A DNA stretch of 46,002 bases from Candidatus Woesebacteria bacterium UBA5941 (GTDB lineage Bacteria > Patescibacteriota > Microgenomatia > UBA8517), in the NCBI GenBank assembly GCA_002430735.1, contig DJCV01000005.1, positions 1 to 46,002 on the forward strand, read 5' to 3'. Under the pieces are notes generated by a model. The model made no database searches, was not told where the DNA came from, and saw nothing but the letters and a program-made list of their open reading frames with translations. Of this stretch, positions 19,910-30,421 are shown piece by piece. Each line of letters opens with the position of its first letter. The stretch's first letter is position 1. The translations under genes were made by a program, and so were the position numbers.

Positions 19910-21706
19910 ATGAAACAGCTATTCGTTTTCTTCACCGCTATCTTCTTTTTTCTCGCTCCCAAAGTGATTAATGCAGCTGAGGAGCCGCGGTTTACGATTA
20001 CGGGAAACTTTATTTATGAACTGACGGAAAATGGGTCATTTAAGGTGAGACAGGAAGTACAAATTAAGAATCTCACGACTGCGCACTATGCCCCTTCATT
20101 CCTCTTTAACGTTTCAGGGTTTCAACCGGAAAATCTCGCTGTGTATGAGAGTGGAATCGCCTCTAAATTAACTAAAAAATCTGAACAAGAATATGAGGTG
20201 ACATTTAAAAGTCCAGCTCTTGGCCGCGGTTCGACTAAAAAAGTTGCAGTGACGTTTGAGGACGATTCACTCTTAACCAAAAAAGGCGAGGTGACTGAGA
20301 TGAGAATACCGAGACTTCAAAATGTAGAAATGCTTGATCACTATCTGGTCACCGTTCGAATTCCAAAAGCTGACGCAGAGAGACTTCATATGTTTCCTGA
20401 TGTTCACGGGATGCAGAAAGGACACTATGTTGAATATGTTTTTGATGAACAAAACTTGAAAAATCATCCGGTCACTGCATTTATTGGAGATACTGCTGCA
20501 TACAGCTTTGGGCTGACGTATCCACTTGTGAACGATTCGCATTTTACAAAAACAGTGACCTTTGCAGTTCCTCCTGATACTGCGTTTCAAAAAGTATTTC
20601 TCGATACACTGGATCCTGCCGTTGAATCACTCACCTATGATTCAGATGGTAATTGGGTCGGCACCGTGCATTTAAAAGCGGGAGAACGCAGAAAAATTAC
20701 TGTCTCAGGGACAGTGCTTGTGTATGCAGAAGCTCAAAGTTCATATCCCAGACCAAACGCAGAAGCCTTGAAACTCAATACGAGACCTGCACGATATTGG
20801 GAATCGGATTCGCCAGAAATTCAGGAGATCGCAAACAGTCTTGATTCAGTCGAATCAATTTATAACTATGTCACAAGCAATCTTTCATATGACTATACAA
20901 AAACCACCCGTCCGCAAGAACGCATGGGTGCAAAATTAGCGTTGCAAAAAAAGAGCGAAGCAATTTGTATGGAATTTACGGACTTATTTATCGCGCTTGC
21001 GCGCGCGAAAGGCATACCTGCTCGGGAGGTAAATGGATTTGCAGTCTCACTTGATATGGCACGTCCTCGTAGTTTAGGAAATGATATTTTACACTCATGG
21101 CCAGAGTATTGGGACGAAAAGCGAAACCTGTGGGTACCAGTTGATCCAACGTGGGGAAAAACAACAGGAGGAGTAGACTATTTCTCGCATCTTGATTTAA
21201 ACCATATCGCGTTTGTAATCCACGGGCTCTCAAGTACTGACCCTCAAACGCCCGGAACGTATATTTCAGATACGGAGGGAGAGGACTTAATTCGCATTGA
21301 ACCAGCGGGCAAAGACGCGGTGCTTGAACGAAAAGATCCGTCACTCATTATTACGCAGCGCGGGTTTCCTCTATTAACACAAAACTTCGTGGTTGTTGTT
21401 GATAACAATACCGGTACTGCGATTTATAATACGGTTGCAAATGTGAAAGCCGGTGACACTACACTTGCGCAAGAAATCGTGAGTATCTTACCGTTTTCGA
21501 CGGTGTCATTTCCGGTGAGTGTAAAAGCAGGCTTTATGGGAAGCGCCCTCCCCAGCTCAATTTCAGTAACAACCCAGCATGTAACACAAGTGAGTCCAAT
21601 TACGAAAGAGCAAGCGCTTTTAATGCACACACTCGCGATCATATTGCCAATTGCGGCACTCGTTGCGGGTACAATTTTTTACCAAAAAGCATATGCGAAA
21701 CATTAA
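19910..21706 (+). CDS. Secreted, membrane-anchored transglutaminase-like protein
   Basis: Signal peptide; catalytic triad in ICMEFT (C), HSWPEY (H), VDPTW (D); C-terminal TM. Confidence 0.88.
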   Translation: MKQLFVFFTAIFFFLAPKVINAAEEPRFTITGNFIYELTENGSFKVRQEVQIKNLTTAHYAPSFLFNVSGFQPENLAVYESGIASKLTKKSEQEYEVTFKSPALGRGSTKKVAVTFEDDSLLTKKGEVTEMRIPRLQNVEMLDHYLVTVRIPKADAERLHMFPDVHGMQKGHYVEYVFDEQNLKNHPVTAFIGDTAAYSFGLTYPLVNDSHFTKTVTFAVPPDTAFQKVFLDTLDPAVESLTYDSDGNWVGTVHLKAGERRKITVSGTVLVYAEAQSSYPRPNAEALKLNTRPARYWESDSPEIQEIANSLDSVESIYNYVTSNLSYDYTKTTRPQERMGAKLALQKKSEAICMEFTDLFIALARAKGIPAREVNGFAVSLDMARPRSLGNDILHSWPEYWDEKRNLWVPVDPTWGKTTGGVDYFSHLDLNHIAFVIHGLSSTDPQTPGTYISDTEGEDLIRIEPAGKDAVLERKDPSLIITQRGFPLLTQNFVVVVDNNTGTAIYNTVANVKAGDTTLAQEIVSILPFSTVSFPVSVKAGFMGSALPSSISVTTQHVTQVSPITKEQALLMHTLAIILPIAALVAGTIFYQKAYAKH

Positions 21707-23006
21707 ATTCCCATCAGAAGTAAACACACTTCCTGAAACACCCGGGGTATATCAATTTCGGGATGCTGCAGGGCACATTATCTATATTGGGAAAGCAAAA
21801 AACTTAAAAAGCAGAGTGAGAAGTTACACTGCTGCAACATTGCTCCCCAAAACTGCGCGAATGGTCAGTGATGCCACACGTCTTACGTTTATCGAAGTGA
21901 GTAGTGAATTTGAAGCGCTCCTGTTAGAAGCAAATTTAATTCGCACACATATGCCACTCTTCAATATTGATTTAAAAGATGACAAGTCGCCTCTGTATAT
22001 CGGGATTACGAAGGAAGAATTTCCCCGTGTCTTAACACTGCGAGAAACACAACTTACGGAGATAAAACTAAAAAAAGTATTCGGCCCATATTTAGACAGT
22101 GGATCAGCGCGGTATGTACTAAAAAAACTGCGATATGTATTCCCCTTTAGCACTCACAAAATAGGGAAAAAAGCGTGTATTTATCAAGAAATCGGGCTTT
22201 GCAATCCATGCCCTTCTGCAATAGTGCATATTGAAGACCCACTCATTCGTGACCAAAAGAAGAACGAGTATCTCCGAAACGTGAGACGGTTAAGTGCGGT
22301 TTTATCGGGGAAAGCAGCAGCAATTGAGAAGGAACTGATGGGTCAAATGAACGAGCTTTCGAAAACAGAAGAATATGAAGCGGCTCAAAAGGTGAAAGAG
22401 AAGCTTTCTCGCTTTCGAAGGACATTAGGTACACCACCGAAACTTGGGGAGTATCTGAAGGATCCTAATTTCATAGACGATATTCACGCACAGGAATTGA
22501 GAGAGTTAACGAGTATTATTCAAACATATTTTGACGTACCGTCCATTCACCGGGTTGAATGTTTTGACATTGCGCATCTTTCGGGAACTCACCCAACGGC
22601 ATCAATGGTTACCTTTATCGATGGGGAAGCAGATAAACGGTATTATCGTCATTTTAAGATTAATAAAGGGAAGAGACAGAATAACGATGTTGATTCTATG
22701 AAAGAAGTGCTTACTCGTCGTATTAAACATTTTGATGACTGGGGGAAACCAGATCTCATTATTATCGATGGTGGAAAACCACAAATTACTGCTTCTTCTG
22801 AGATTTTGTCGGGAATCGTTCCATTTGTAGGACTTGCGAAGCGCTATGAAACATTCGTATTTTTGACTCCTGAAGGGTTTAAAGAAATTGCGCTTCCGGA
22901 AGGAAATGCCAAAAAATTAGTACAGCGTTTGCGCGATGAAGCACATCGTTTTGCGCGAAGACTGCACCATAATCTAGTTACTAAAACACTCCTTTCGAAA
23001 GTGTGA
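21693..23006 (+). CDS. uvrC: Excinuclease ABC subunit C (no C-terminal HhH domain)
   Basis: GIY-YIG PGVYQF/IYIGKAKNL, Cys-rich region, UVR domain, RNase H-like ECFDIAH, PDLIIIDGG, RDEAHRFA. Confidence 0.95.
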   Translation: MRNIKFPSEVNTLPETPGVYQFRDAAGHIIYIGKAKNLKSRVRSYTAATLLPKTARMVSDATRLTFIEVSSEFEALLLEANLIRTHMPLFNIDLKDDKSPLYIGITKEEFPRVLTLRETQLTEIKLKKVFGPYLDSGSARYVLKKLRYVFPFSTHKIGKKACIYQEIGLCNPCPSAIVHIEDPLIRDQKKNEYLRNVRRLSAVLSGKAAAIEKELMGQMNELSKTEEYEAAQKVKEKLSRFRRTLGTPPKLGEYLKDPNFIDDIHAQELRELTSIIQTYFDVPSIHRVECFDIAHLSGTHPTASMVTFIDGEADKRYYRHFKINKGKRQNNDVDSMKEVLTRRIKHFDDWGKPDLIIIDGGKPQITASSEILSGIVPFVGLAKRYETFVFLTPEGFKEIALPEGNAKKLVQRLRDEAHRFARRLHHNLVTKTLLSKV

Positions 23007-23018
23007 TATTACTTAATT

Positions 23019-23411
23019 ATGAAGAAATTACTACGCATCTTAAGTCGCGAAGTAGTAGCCCTTTTCATTGCCACTCAAATCGCAAGTGGTATTGTGTTCG
23101 ATAACTTTTTGGAAGGCTTGTTTATCACTGGGATTGCGTTGGCAATTGCTACGTATATAGTAAAGCCTGTCGTGAATTTGCTCCTACTTCCTATTAATCT
23201 TGCAACATTAGGACTGTTTAAATTCATGAGCCATGCAATCACTCTCTTTATTGTTGATGTAGCGCTCACGCAATTCTCAATTACAGGGTTTCATTTTGCT
23301 GGGCTCATCTCTCGGTTCCTCGATCTTCCGACGATCGATTTGGCAGCAGGCCCTCTGGCGTACCTCGCGTATTCTCTTATTATTATGGTTGTTACAAGTC
23401 TTCTTGGATGA
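23019..23411 (+). CDS. YvlD/DUF360 ('phage holin family') membrane protein
   Basis: Four TM with IVKPVVNLLLLPINLATLGLF signature. Confidence 0.85.
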   Translation: MKKLLRILSREVVALFIATQIASGIVFDNFLEGLFITGIALAIATYIVKPVVNLLLLPINLATLGLFKFMSHAITLFIVDVALTQFSITGFHFAGLISRFLDLPTIDLAAGPLAYLAYSLIIMVVTSLLG

Positions 23412-23439
23412 TTAGGGGATCTAAGGTATAATGAGCTTC

Positions 23440-23652
23440 ATGAAAGACGTATTGACCGTTTTGCAGCTCGTTGTATCAGTGCTTCTCGCGTTATGCATTC
23501 TTGTGCAGGTAAAAGGAAATGGATTCGGTCGTGTATGGGGGAGTGGTGCTCAATCATTTACTCGTCGCGGGTTTGAAGCCCTCATTTTCAAGCTCACTTT
23601 TGTACTCTCGTTTTTGTTTCTTGCCCTCTCACTTGCAGCCTTTCTTAGCTAA
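23440..23652 (+). CDS. secG: Preprotein translocase subunit SecG
   Basis: Two TM, ILVQ.KG.G.G..WG, TRRG.E..IFKLT. Confidence 0.9.
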   Translation: MKDVLTVLQLVVSVLLALCILVQVKGNGFGRVWGSGAQSFTRRGFEALIFKLTFVLSFLFLALSLAAFLS

Positions 23653-23654
23653 CA

Positions 23655-24986
23655 ATGCGCAATCTGCGTTTTATCGTGGCGCTCGTCGCTACTTTTATTA
23701 ACCGATTTAAAGTTGTGCTGTTTATCGCCTTCATTGGAGGAGTGATCCTTTTTCTTATTGGGAAATTACTGCTCCCTCGTTTAGTTCCTACCAATATTGC
23801 CTATGTTGGAGTTGTCGGCCGTTTTCGCGTAGATGAACTGCCTGAAAGTGTACTAAAGCAAATTGGTGATGGCTTAACCCGTATTGATGACACCGGTACC
23901 CCACAACCCAATTTAGCCAGCAGCTGGGAGTTTCAGGAGAATGGAAAAGTATGGATATTTCACATTAATACAAACCGCACATGGCATGACGGGAAGCCCG
24001 TTACTTCTGACTCGATTCAGTATAGTTTTGAGGACGTTGTCGTCGAACGTCCTGACGAGAAGACTATTATTTTTAAACTTCAAAATCCCTATGCGCCGTT
24101 TCCGCTTGTGGTCGCACGACCAACCTTCTCAAAAGGGTTAGTGGGTACAGGATCGTGGCGAGTGTCTAATTTATCAATCGTAAATAGCTATGTGGAAAAA
24201 TTAGAAATGCAGTCTGTACAGAATCCAGAAGTGAGAAAGATTGTTCGGTTTTATCCGAGTGAAGACGCAGCAAAAGCAGGATACAAACTGGGGCAGGTTG
24301 ATCGCTTGGAAGATATTCTAGACCCAACACCATTTAACCAATGGAATACAGCGAACGTGACAGCAACAGTCTTAAATACCCGATATGTTGCAGTGTTTTT
24401 AAACACCAGGAGCGATATTTTCAAAGACAACAAACCGCTCCGGCAAGCGCTCTCGTATGCAATTGATAAGTCACCGTGGAATGGAGTAAGTCGAGTGCTG
24501 GGCCCGATCCCACCGCAATCCTGGGCTTATAATGCCCAAATTAAGCCGTATGATTACGATCCTGCTCGTGCAAATGAACTGTTAAAAACAGTGCTATCGA
24601 AAGATCAAACACTCGCTATTAAGCTCACGACAAATCCAACCCTCTTGCCCGTTGCTGAACAAATTGCAAAGCAATGGAAAGCAGTGGGAATTGAGACTGT
24701 GGTGCAAGCTGCTAATTCACTCCCTGATGATTATGATGCGTACTTGTCCCAGTACGAAGTCTCACTTGATCCAGATCAATACTTAACCTGGCACTCAACC
24801 CAAGAGAACACAAATGTGACTCACTACGGAAATCAGAGAATCGATAAATTACTTGAGGATGGTCGACTTGAGATGGATCAGGAGAAGCGGAAACGAATGT
24901 ATTTAGATTTCCAGCGCTTCCTGCTTGAGGATGCTCCGGCCATTTTCTTATTCCACCCAACAAGTTATACTATTGTCAGGAAATAA
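23655..24986 (+). CDS. ABC solute-binding protein family 5 (OppA/DppA-like), membrane anchored
   Basis: PNLASSW, WHDGKPVTSD, VGTGSW, LRQALSYAIDK, YDYDPARA, LLEDAPAIFL. Confidence 0.88.
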   Translation: MRNLRFIVALVATFINRFKVVLFIAFIGGVILFLIGKLLLPRLVPTNIAYVGVVGRFRVDELPESVLKQIGDGLTRIDDTGTPQPNLASSWEFQENGKVWIFHINTNRTWHDGKPVTSDSIQYSFEDVVVERPDEKTIIFKLQNPYAPFPLVVARPTFSKGLVGTGSWRVSNLSIVNSYVEKLEMQSVQNPEVRKIVRFYPSEDAAKAGYKLGQVDRLEDILDPTPFNQWNTANVTATVLNTRYVAVFLNTRSDIFKDNKPLRQALSYAIDKSPWNGVSRVLGPIPPQSWAYNAQIKPYDYDPARANELLKTVLSKDQTLAIKLTTNPTLLPVAEQIAKQWKAVGIETVVQAANSLPDDYDAYLSQYEVSLDPDQYLTWHSTQENTNVTHYGNQRIDKLLEDGRLEMDQEKRKRMYLDFQRFLLEDAPAIFLFHPTSYTIVRK

Positions 24987-25008
24987 TCTCTGATATACTT
25001 TTTAGTGT

Positions 25009-25644
25009 ATGAAACAGGTACTTATTGGAATCGGAATAGTCGTAGCAATAGGAATCGTTGGGTTTGTTGCATATCAGCGCTATCAAAACTCAAATAACCC
25101 GCAAACATCTGATTCAACAGAGACAAAACAAACAGTTATGGAAAAACCAGCAATGCAAATTGATCCCAAAAAACAATACGAAGCCGTACTCCATACAACC
25201 GAGGGAGATATTACGATCCAATTTGATTCCGCAAATGCTCCAATTACCGTGAACAATTTCGTTACACTCGCTCGCAATAAATTCTACGACAATACTATTT
25301 TCCACCGCGCAATTGCAGGGTTTATGATTCAAGGCGGAGACCCACAGGGAACAGGCACTGGGGGACCTGGATACAAATTTGATGACGAGTTTCTCCAGGG
25401 AAGTTATCGACGCGGTACGGTTGCAATGGCAAACGCTGGACCAAACACAAACGGAAGTCAGTTCTTTATTATGCATGCGGATTATGACCTCCCTAATTTA
25501 TATGTAATCTTCGGCCAGGTCACTGCAGGTTTTGAAGCAGTTGATAAAATTGCAGAAGCTGAGGTCACCATGTCTGCAACTGGCGAACAGAGTAAGCCAG
25601 TAAATCCTGCAAAGATTACTTCTATCGATATTGTCGAAAAGTGA
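25009..25644 (+). CDS. Cyclophilin-type peptidyl-prolyl isomerase with N-terminal anchor
   Basis: FHRAIAGFMIQGGDP, MANAGPNTNGSQFFI, IFGQV. Confidence 0.95.
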   Translation: MKQVLIGIGIVVAIGIVGFVAYQRYQNSNNPQTSDSTETKQTVMEKPAMQIDPKKQYEAVLHTTEGDITIQFDSANAPITVNNFVTLARNKFYDNTIFHRAIAGFMIQGGDPQGTGTGGPGYKFDDEFLQGSYRRGTVAMANAGPNTNGSQFFIMHADYDLPNLYVIFGQVTAGFEAVDKIAEAEVTMSATGEQSKPVNPAKITSIDIVEK

Positions 25645-26129
25645 AAACTTTCTATCTCTTTCGTCACGGGCAAACGTACTACAGTAAAAACGAAATTCCG
25701 TACGGAACAAATGAACACACCGCAGATATTCTAGATGAGGCACGTCCTCCAATAGAACAGATCGGCCAATTTCTTTCCACTGTCCCAATTGATACCGCCT
25801 TTCGTTCTGAATTGAGAAGATGTGAACAAACAGCGCACATTATTGAATCAACAGTTCAGTTTAGGTTTACACCGACACCACTCTGTAATGAGTTTATGGA
25901 AGATTCATTTGAAGCCTTTTATAAACGCATGCAGACGCTCACTGAAATGCTTGAAAAGGCTTCAGGTGATGGAATTGCGGTGTGTACCCATGGAGCAGTT
26001 ATCGCTGCATTGAAAAAAATGCTCTTAGGGCAAGAATTTGGGGCACATGACCTCATGTATTACCCTAAAACTGGGGTGGTTGTGAAAGTGAGTGAAGGGA
26101 AGCTTCTTGAACTTGACTTCAATAAATAA
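25641..26129 (+). CDS. Histidine phosphatase family protein
   Basis: LFRHG, SELRRCEQTA, VCTHG. Confidence 0.9.
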   Translation: MKTFYLFRHGQTYYSKNEIPYGTNEHTADILDEARPPIEQIGQFLSTVPIDTAFRSELRRCEQTAHIIESTVQFRFTPTPLCNEFMEDSFEAFYKRMQTLTEMLEKASGDGIAVCTHGAVIAALKKMLLGQEFGAHDLMYYPKTGVVVKVSEGKLLELDFNK

Positions 26130-26170
26130 GACCTATAGAATATTGCACCTGAATAATAAGGAGGTGTGCG

Positions 26171-26380
26171 ATGGACTCTTTGACATTTCTGATAACGATG
26201 GTTGGAGTTGTGGTGTTCCTACTGACGCTTTGCGGCCTCTTTGTAGGCCTTTCACCAGTACGGTATGAAGAGCGTCAACGTGCTGTTGTGTTTATACTCG
26301 CCTGCATCTCTATTGAAGCTCTTATGATCCTCGCAGTCCTGCTACAGATTGCAAACAAAGTGATTACTCAGGCTCCGTAG
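26171..26380 (+). CDS. Small two-TM hypothetical protein
   Basis: AAGGAGGT SD and an upstream TAGAAT; two hydrophobic segments. Confidence 0.55.
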   Translation: MDSLTFLITMVGVVVFLLTLCGLFVGLSPVRYEERQRAVVFILACISIEALMILAVLLQIANKVITQAP

Positions 26381-28014
26381 CCCGCATATAATTTGCGGCG
26401 GTACTCTGCAAGCATTCGCCTTGCAGAGTATTTTTCTGCCAAAGAAATAGACTTTTTCATGCGGGTGATCCATGTTTCAGGTAATCCCTCACCATTTCGT
26501 TCGTAATAGAGAGACACAGCGGATTCCATGGTCTCATAGACACTGTTGGTTAAGTTTGTGTGATCGAGTACCCACCCGGTATCAGTCCAATCAACTTCCG
26601 ATGCCCAGCCATCAGCGACTGTTGCTTGTAAGACTCCATTTGAAATTGCCTTCATGCCACTAGTTCCACATGCTTCTTTCCCAAATTCTGGTGTATTAAT
26701 CCAGACATCACTTCCCGCTACTAACTCATGGGAGAGGGCAATGTCATAGTTATGAATAAAAATAGCATGTCCCGCGAGCGGTCCTTTCATATACCCAATA
26801 ATGCGTTGAATAAGCTCTTTTCCAGCAGTGTCCCCTGGATGGGCTTTTCCTGCAATTAATAGAATTCCGGGTTTATCTGGATTTGTGAGGATTGCCTTTA
26901 ATCGATCGACATCCTCAAAAATACTTCCTAACTGTTTATATCCTGAAATACGCCTCGACCAGGTGAACGTAAGCCATGTTGGATCATATCCAAACCCTAC
27001 TCTAGTTGTTACTTCGCGCATGAGGGAATGCTTTTTCTCTAAGTGAGCATGCCACACTTCTTTCGGCCCAAGTGCTGCATTCGCAAAATCAGGTTCTTGC
27101 CAGCGAGGGAGATAGACGCCATTTGTTACGTTGGTCCAGTTGTACCCGGGATATTCTTTCTTTGCGATTTTTCCGTGGGGAGTACTGACACTACTGGCTT
27201 TGCCACTTACATTTAATGCAAACCGCGTTGTGTGGAATCGTCCGTCGTCATGAAGTCCTAAACTAATAATCTCATTTCCGGGAATGCCGTATGCATCACA
27301 GAGTGGCAGCAAATATTTCTCCATAAGTCCTTTATCATATGAATGGATTCCGCTTGCGACCATGGTGTGGTTTGTATAAACGACTTTCGATTGCACCTCA
27401 GCCTTGAGCTCGTCAAACGACGCCCGTGGGTTTTTTTGTTTTGCTTCTGCAAAAAGGGGAAGTGCAACAAGAGACGGTCTACCTTCTTGTATGTGAATAA
27501 GAGCAGGCTTGATATGAAGCAATGATAATAATTTCATTCCACCTACTCCAAAAATCACTCGTTCCCGAATTTGATCTTCATCGTTTCCCCAATAAATTTC
27601 GTCGTACACGTTTCGCCAGTAATCAGAGTTCCCTTCTACGTCGGTTGTTAATAAATACAACGTAACCGTGTCACCTAATCGTTGTCTATATGCTTCAATC
27701 CACACTTGTTCACCGCCGACATTTATATCAAAGCGAATAGGTTGTCCCTGGGTCTCCACTCTTCTGAAACACGATGATCCTTCAAGACGAAATGGTGTCG
27801 CCTCTTCAAATTGCATTCCGTCACCAGCAATTTTCTGAATGAAGCGTTTACCTTTATACATCATGCCAATCCCAATTAACGGAAAATTCTCATCAGCGGC
27901 TTGAAGAAGGGTGTCTGCCGCTAAAATGCCGAGTCCTCCAGCATAGGTTGGAATATTTGAATCAATTCCAAATTCGAGGGAAAAATACGCAATAGGACCT
28001 TTCTGGGCAGCCAT
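26368..28014 (-). CDS. glgP: Alpha-glucan (glycogen/maltodextrin) phosphorylase
   Basis: AYFSLEFG, YAGGLGILA, VTNGVY, AGKAHP, PLP motif EACGTSGMK. Confidence 0.93.
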   Translation of the reverse strand: MAAQKGPIAYFSLEFGIDSNIPTYAGGLGILAADTLLQAADENFPLIGIGMMYKGKRFIQKIAGDGMQFEEATPFRLEGSSCFRRVETQGQPIRFDINVGGEQVWIEAYRQRLGDTVTLYLLTTDVEGNSDYWRNVYDEIYWGNDEDQIRERVIFGVGGMKLLSLLHIKPALIHIQEGRPSLVALPLFAEAKQKNPRASFDELKAEVQSKVVYTNHTMVASGIHSYDKGLMEKYLLPLCDAYGIPGNEIISLGLHDDGRFHTTRFALNVSGKASSVSTPHGKIAKKEYPGYNWTNVTNGVYLPRWQEPDFANAALGPKEVWHAHLEKKHSLMREVTTRVGFGYDPTWLTFTWSRRISGYKQLGSIFEDVDRLKAILTNPDKPGILLIAGKAHPGDTAGKELIQRIIGYMKGPLAGHAIFIHNYDIALSHELVAGSDVWINTPEFGKEACGTSGMKAISNGVLQATVADGWASEVDWTDTGWVLDHTNLTNSVYETMESAVSLYYERNGEGLPETWITRMKKSISLAEKYSARRMLAEYRRKLYAGYGA

Positions 28015-28080
28015 ACCTTTTATTCTTTACTAATTGAGACTTAATTTCAATCGCAGTTTCAAATAAATAAGTGAATTTTT

Positions 28081-29415
28081 TTACAATTCAACCTCGTCGT
28101 GAAGATGTGGAGTTTCGATGTGAACTGATTGATGAATATCGGTTATTTTAAGTTTTAATGCTTCTCGTGGTCCATCCTCTCCATGGGTCAAGAATAATCG
28201 TTGTGGATTCGCTACGTGTTTGATCCAGGTTAATAGTCCTGTTTGATCAGCGTGTGAGCTCATGGCATGAGACTCGCGAACCACTGCGTTTACCGCAACA
28301 TCTTGTCCATATACTTTAACGTGTGTCGCACCTTCCGTTATTTGTCTCCCGATTGTGTGTTCTGCTTGGAATCCTACAATCAACAAATGTGTCTTTGAAT
28401 CAGGGAGGTAGTTTGCTGCGTGGTTTAAAATTCTTCCTCCTGTCATCATTCCACTTCCGGCAATAATTACTTTTGTGCCAGGCTGGTTTTTAATACGCAC
28501 ACTATCTTTTCCTCGCTGCGTAACCTGTAACCCGGTAAACGAAAACGGGTCATCTGTTTCTAAATGATTTTTCAGTTCTTCGTTATAAAGCTCTGGGTGT
28601 GCACGGAATACATCTGTTGCTCGAATTGCCATTGGGCTATCCATATAGACAACGGTTTCTTCTTTCACGAGGCCTTTCTTTTTCAAGTGATCGATTTTAT
28701 GGAGTAGTTCTTGTGTTCGCTCAAGTGAAAAGGCAGGGATTAACAAAGCGGCCCCCGTTTTTTCGACTGCGTTAATTTCCTCCTGTAATACCGTGGTCGG
28801 GTCTTCATCAGGGTGATTGCGATCTCCGTAAGTACTTTCCATGACGACGATGTCTGCATTCGTTATGTACTCTGTTGGTTCAATAAGATCTTGAGGTGAA
28901 TTCCCCAAATCGCCACTGAACGCGATTCGTTTTCCAAACCCTTCAAGGATAATTGAGGCCGAGCCTAAGATGTGTCCGGCATTTACGTAGGTAATTGAAA
29001 ATCCTCCAAACTGAAATGGAGTGTTATATTCAATAATGTGAGCCATCTGGAGTGTTTTTATAACGTCGTCTTCACTATAAATGGCTGCCTTCTCTTTGTG
29101 TTCAGCCATGACTTTCGCAGCATCGTTTAAGGCAATTTCCAGTAAATCATAGGTTGCTTGGTTCATGTAGATCGGCCCATTAAACCCTTCTCTCACAAGT
29201 TTAGGGATGCGACCACAGTGGTCAAGGTGAGCGTGTGTTAAAAGCATTCCGGTGGCTTCAGAAGGGGTGAATCCAAATGGTTCACTATTAAGTTGTTCAA
29301 GTTCGGGAGAACCTTGGAACAGTCCACAATCAATCACGATCTTTGAAGTATCGGTTGTGAGTAAATAACACGATCCCGTTACGGTTCCTGCTGCTCCATG
29401 AAAGGAAAGTTTCAT
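28081..29415 (-). CDS. MBL-fold beta-CASP RNA-processing nuclease
   Basis: VTGSC, THAHLDHCG, AGHILGS, MESTYG, SSHAD, THGE. Confidence 0.93.
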   Translation of the reverse strand: MKLSFHGAAGTVTGSCYLLTTDTSKIVIDCGLFQGSPELEQLNSEPFGFTPSEATGMLLTHAHLDHCGRIPKLVREGFNGPIYMNQATYDLLEIALNDAAKVMAEHKEKAAIYSEDDVIKTLQMAHIIEYNTPFQFGGFSITYVNAGHILGSASIILEGFGKRIAFSGDLGNSPQDLIEPTEYITNADIVVMESTYGDRNHPDEDPTTVLQEEINAVEKTGAALLIPAFSLERTQELLHKIDHLKKKGLVKEETVVYMDSPMAIRATDVFRAHPELYNEELKNHLETDDPFSFTGLQVTQRGKDSVRIKNQPGTKVIIAGSGMMTGGRILNHAANYLPDSKTHLLIVGFQAEHTIGRQITEGATHVKVYGQDVAVNAVVRESHAMSSHADQTGLLTWIKHVANPQRLFLTHGEDGPREALKLKITDIHQSVHIETPHLHDEVEL

Positions 29416-29515
29416 CACACAGGCAGTGTACCATATTAGAAATTGTATTCGCTTTATTCAAAAACGAGGTACGAGTGTCGTTGCTGATTACTCTTTGTTT
29501 GTGTACTATATCTAT

Positions 29516-30079
29516 ATGAAGAACGGCTTAATCGGAGGACTCATTGTTGCACTTGTTGTAATGGTCGGGTGGGCACTGTTTTATAAGCAGCCGGTGTTAA
29601 CTGTTCTGCCCACGCCAACTGCTGTCGTTACTGCTTCAACACAACCAAGTCTCACGGGTACTCCAACTGCCGGTATTGCAACGCCGACCCCCGCCACAAC
29701 TGCGAATCTTAAAGGAACAATAAATGGGAAGTTGTGTTATCCATCTTCATTCCTTCCAAAAGGTGCGCTTGAAGCGAAAAATACCAGCACTAATGCAGTG
29801 TATACACAAGTGTACCCAGGATCTCAAAACGGCGGTAAGACGAATTACTCCTTTGAATTGCCAGCCGCAACGTACATTCTGCGCTATAAAGCCCAGGCTT
29901 CAGTAGACACAACTATTTATGGCTATCACACTGAAGTATGCCCCACAGGAGTTGAGCCGAGCTGTGCTGCTGATAATGCACGGGTTAATATAAAAGTTAC
30001 CGTAAAAGCAGGAGAGACAGTGAATAACGTGGATCTCTGTGACTTCTATTACGATCAAAATACACCCCCAAGCTTCTAA
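29516..30079 (+). CDS. Membrane-anchored surface protein with Pro/Thr linker and Cys-containing domain
   Basis: N-terminal TM, PTPT linker, GTINGKLCYPSSFLP; ATG 6 nt after TACTAT. Confidence 0.8.
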   Translation: MKNGLIGGLIVALVVMVGWALFYKQPVLTVLPTPTAVVTASTQPSLTGTPTAGIATPTPATTANLKGTINGKLCYPSSFLPKGALEAKNTSTNAVYTQVYPGSQNGGKTNYSFELPAATYILRYKAQASVDTTIYGYHTEVCPTGVEPSCAADNARVNIKVTVKAGETVNNVDLCDFYYDQNTPPSF

Positions 30080-30146
30080 CGAAAAGGAAATACCGAAATC
30101 CTCCTTGGACCATCACGGTTAATACATGCAAGAAGTAGTGAAGCAT

Positions 30147-30176
30147 AAAAAAAGGGAGGCTACGAAATAACCTCCC
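30147..30176 (-). terminator. Intrinsic terminator
   Basis: GGGAGG/CCTCCC stem next to A7. Confidence 0.7.
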
Positions 30177-30190
30177 CCGAGTGCTGTGTA

Positions 30191-30421
30191 TTACAGCAAT
30201 TCGCCAAAATGTCCACAGTTACCATGAACGAATAACTGTGGGTCGGTAGGATGTGTGCAAACATCTTCCCACCAAATCGGTTCACCGCAAACAGCGCACA
30301 CCTCGTCAAACCCGCGAGCAGCGTCTTGTATGTCCCATTGTTGTCTTTCGAGGTCGCCAAACATGCTATTGAACAAAAAGGTATCTCGCTCTTCGCTTGT
30401 GAGGGTTCTTTTCTCGGTCAC
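30191..30421 (-). CDS. Small hypothetical protein with possible zinc ligands (CxxC...HxxC)
   Basis: CAVCGEPI...HGNC; GAGG SD, own TTGATG-17-TATTAT promoter, terminator. Confidence 0.6.
   Translation of the reverse strand: MTEKRTLTSEERDTFLFNSMFGDLERQQWDIQDAARGFDEVCAVCGEPIWWEDVCTHPTDPQLFVHGNCGHFGELL

Noticed and set aside
23019-23411. 'Phage holin' as a sign of a prophage
   Set aside because: YvlD/DUF360 is a common chromosomal membrane family, and no phage genes are nearby
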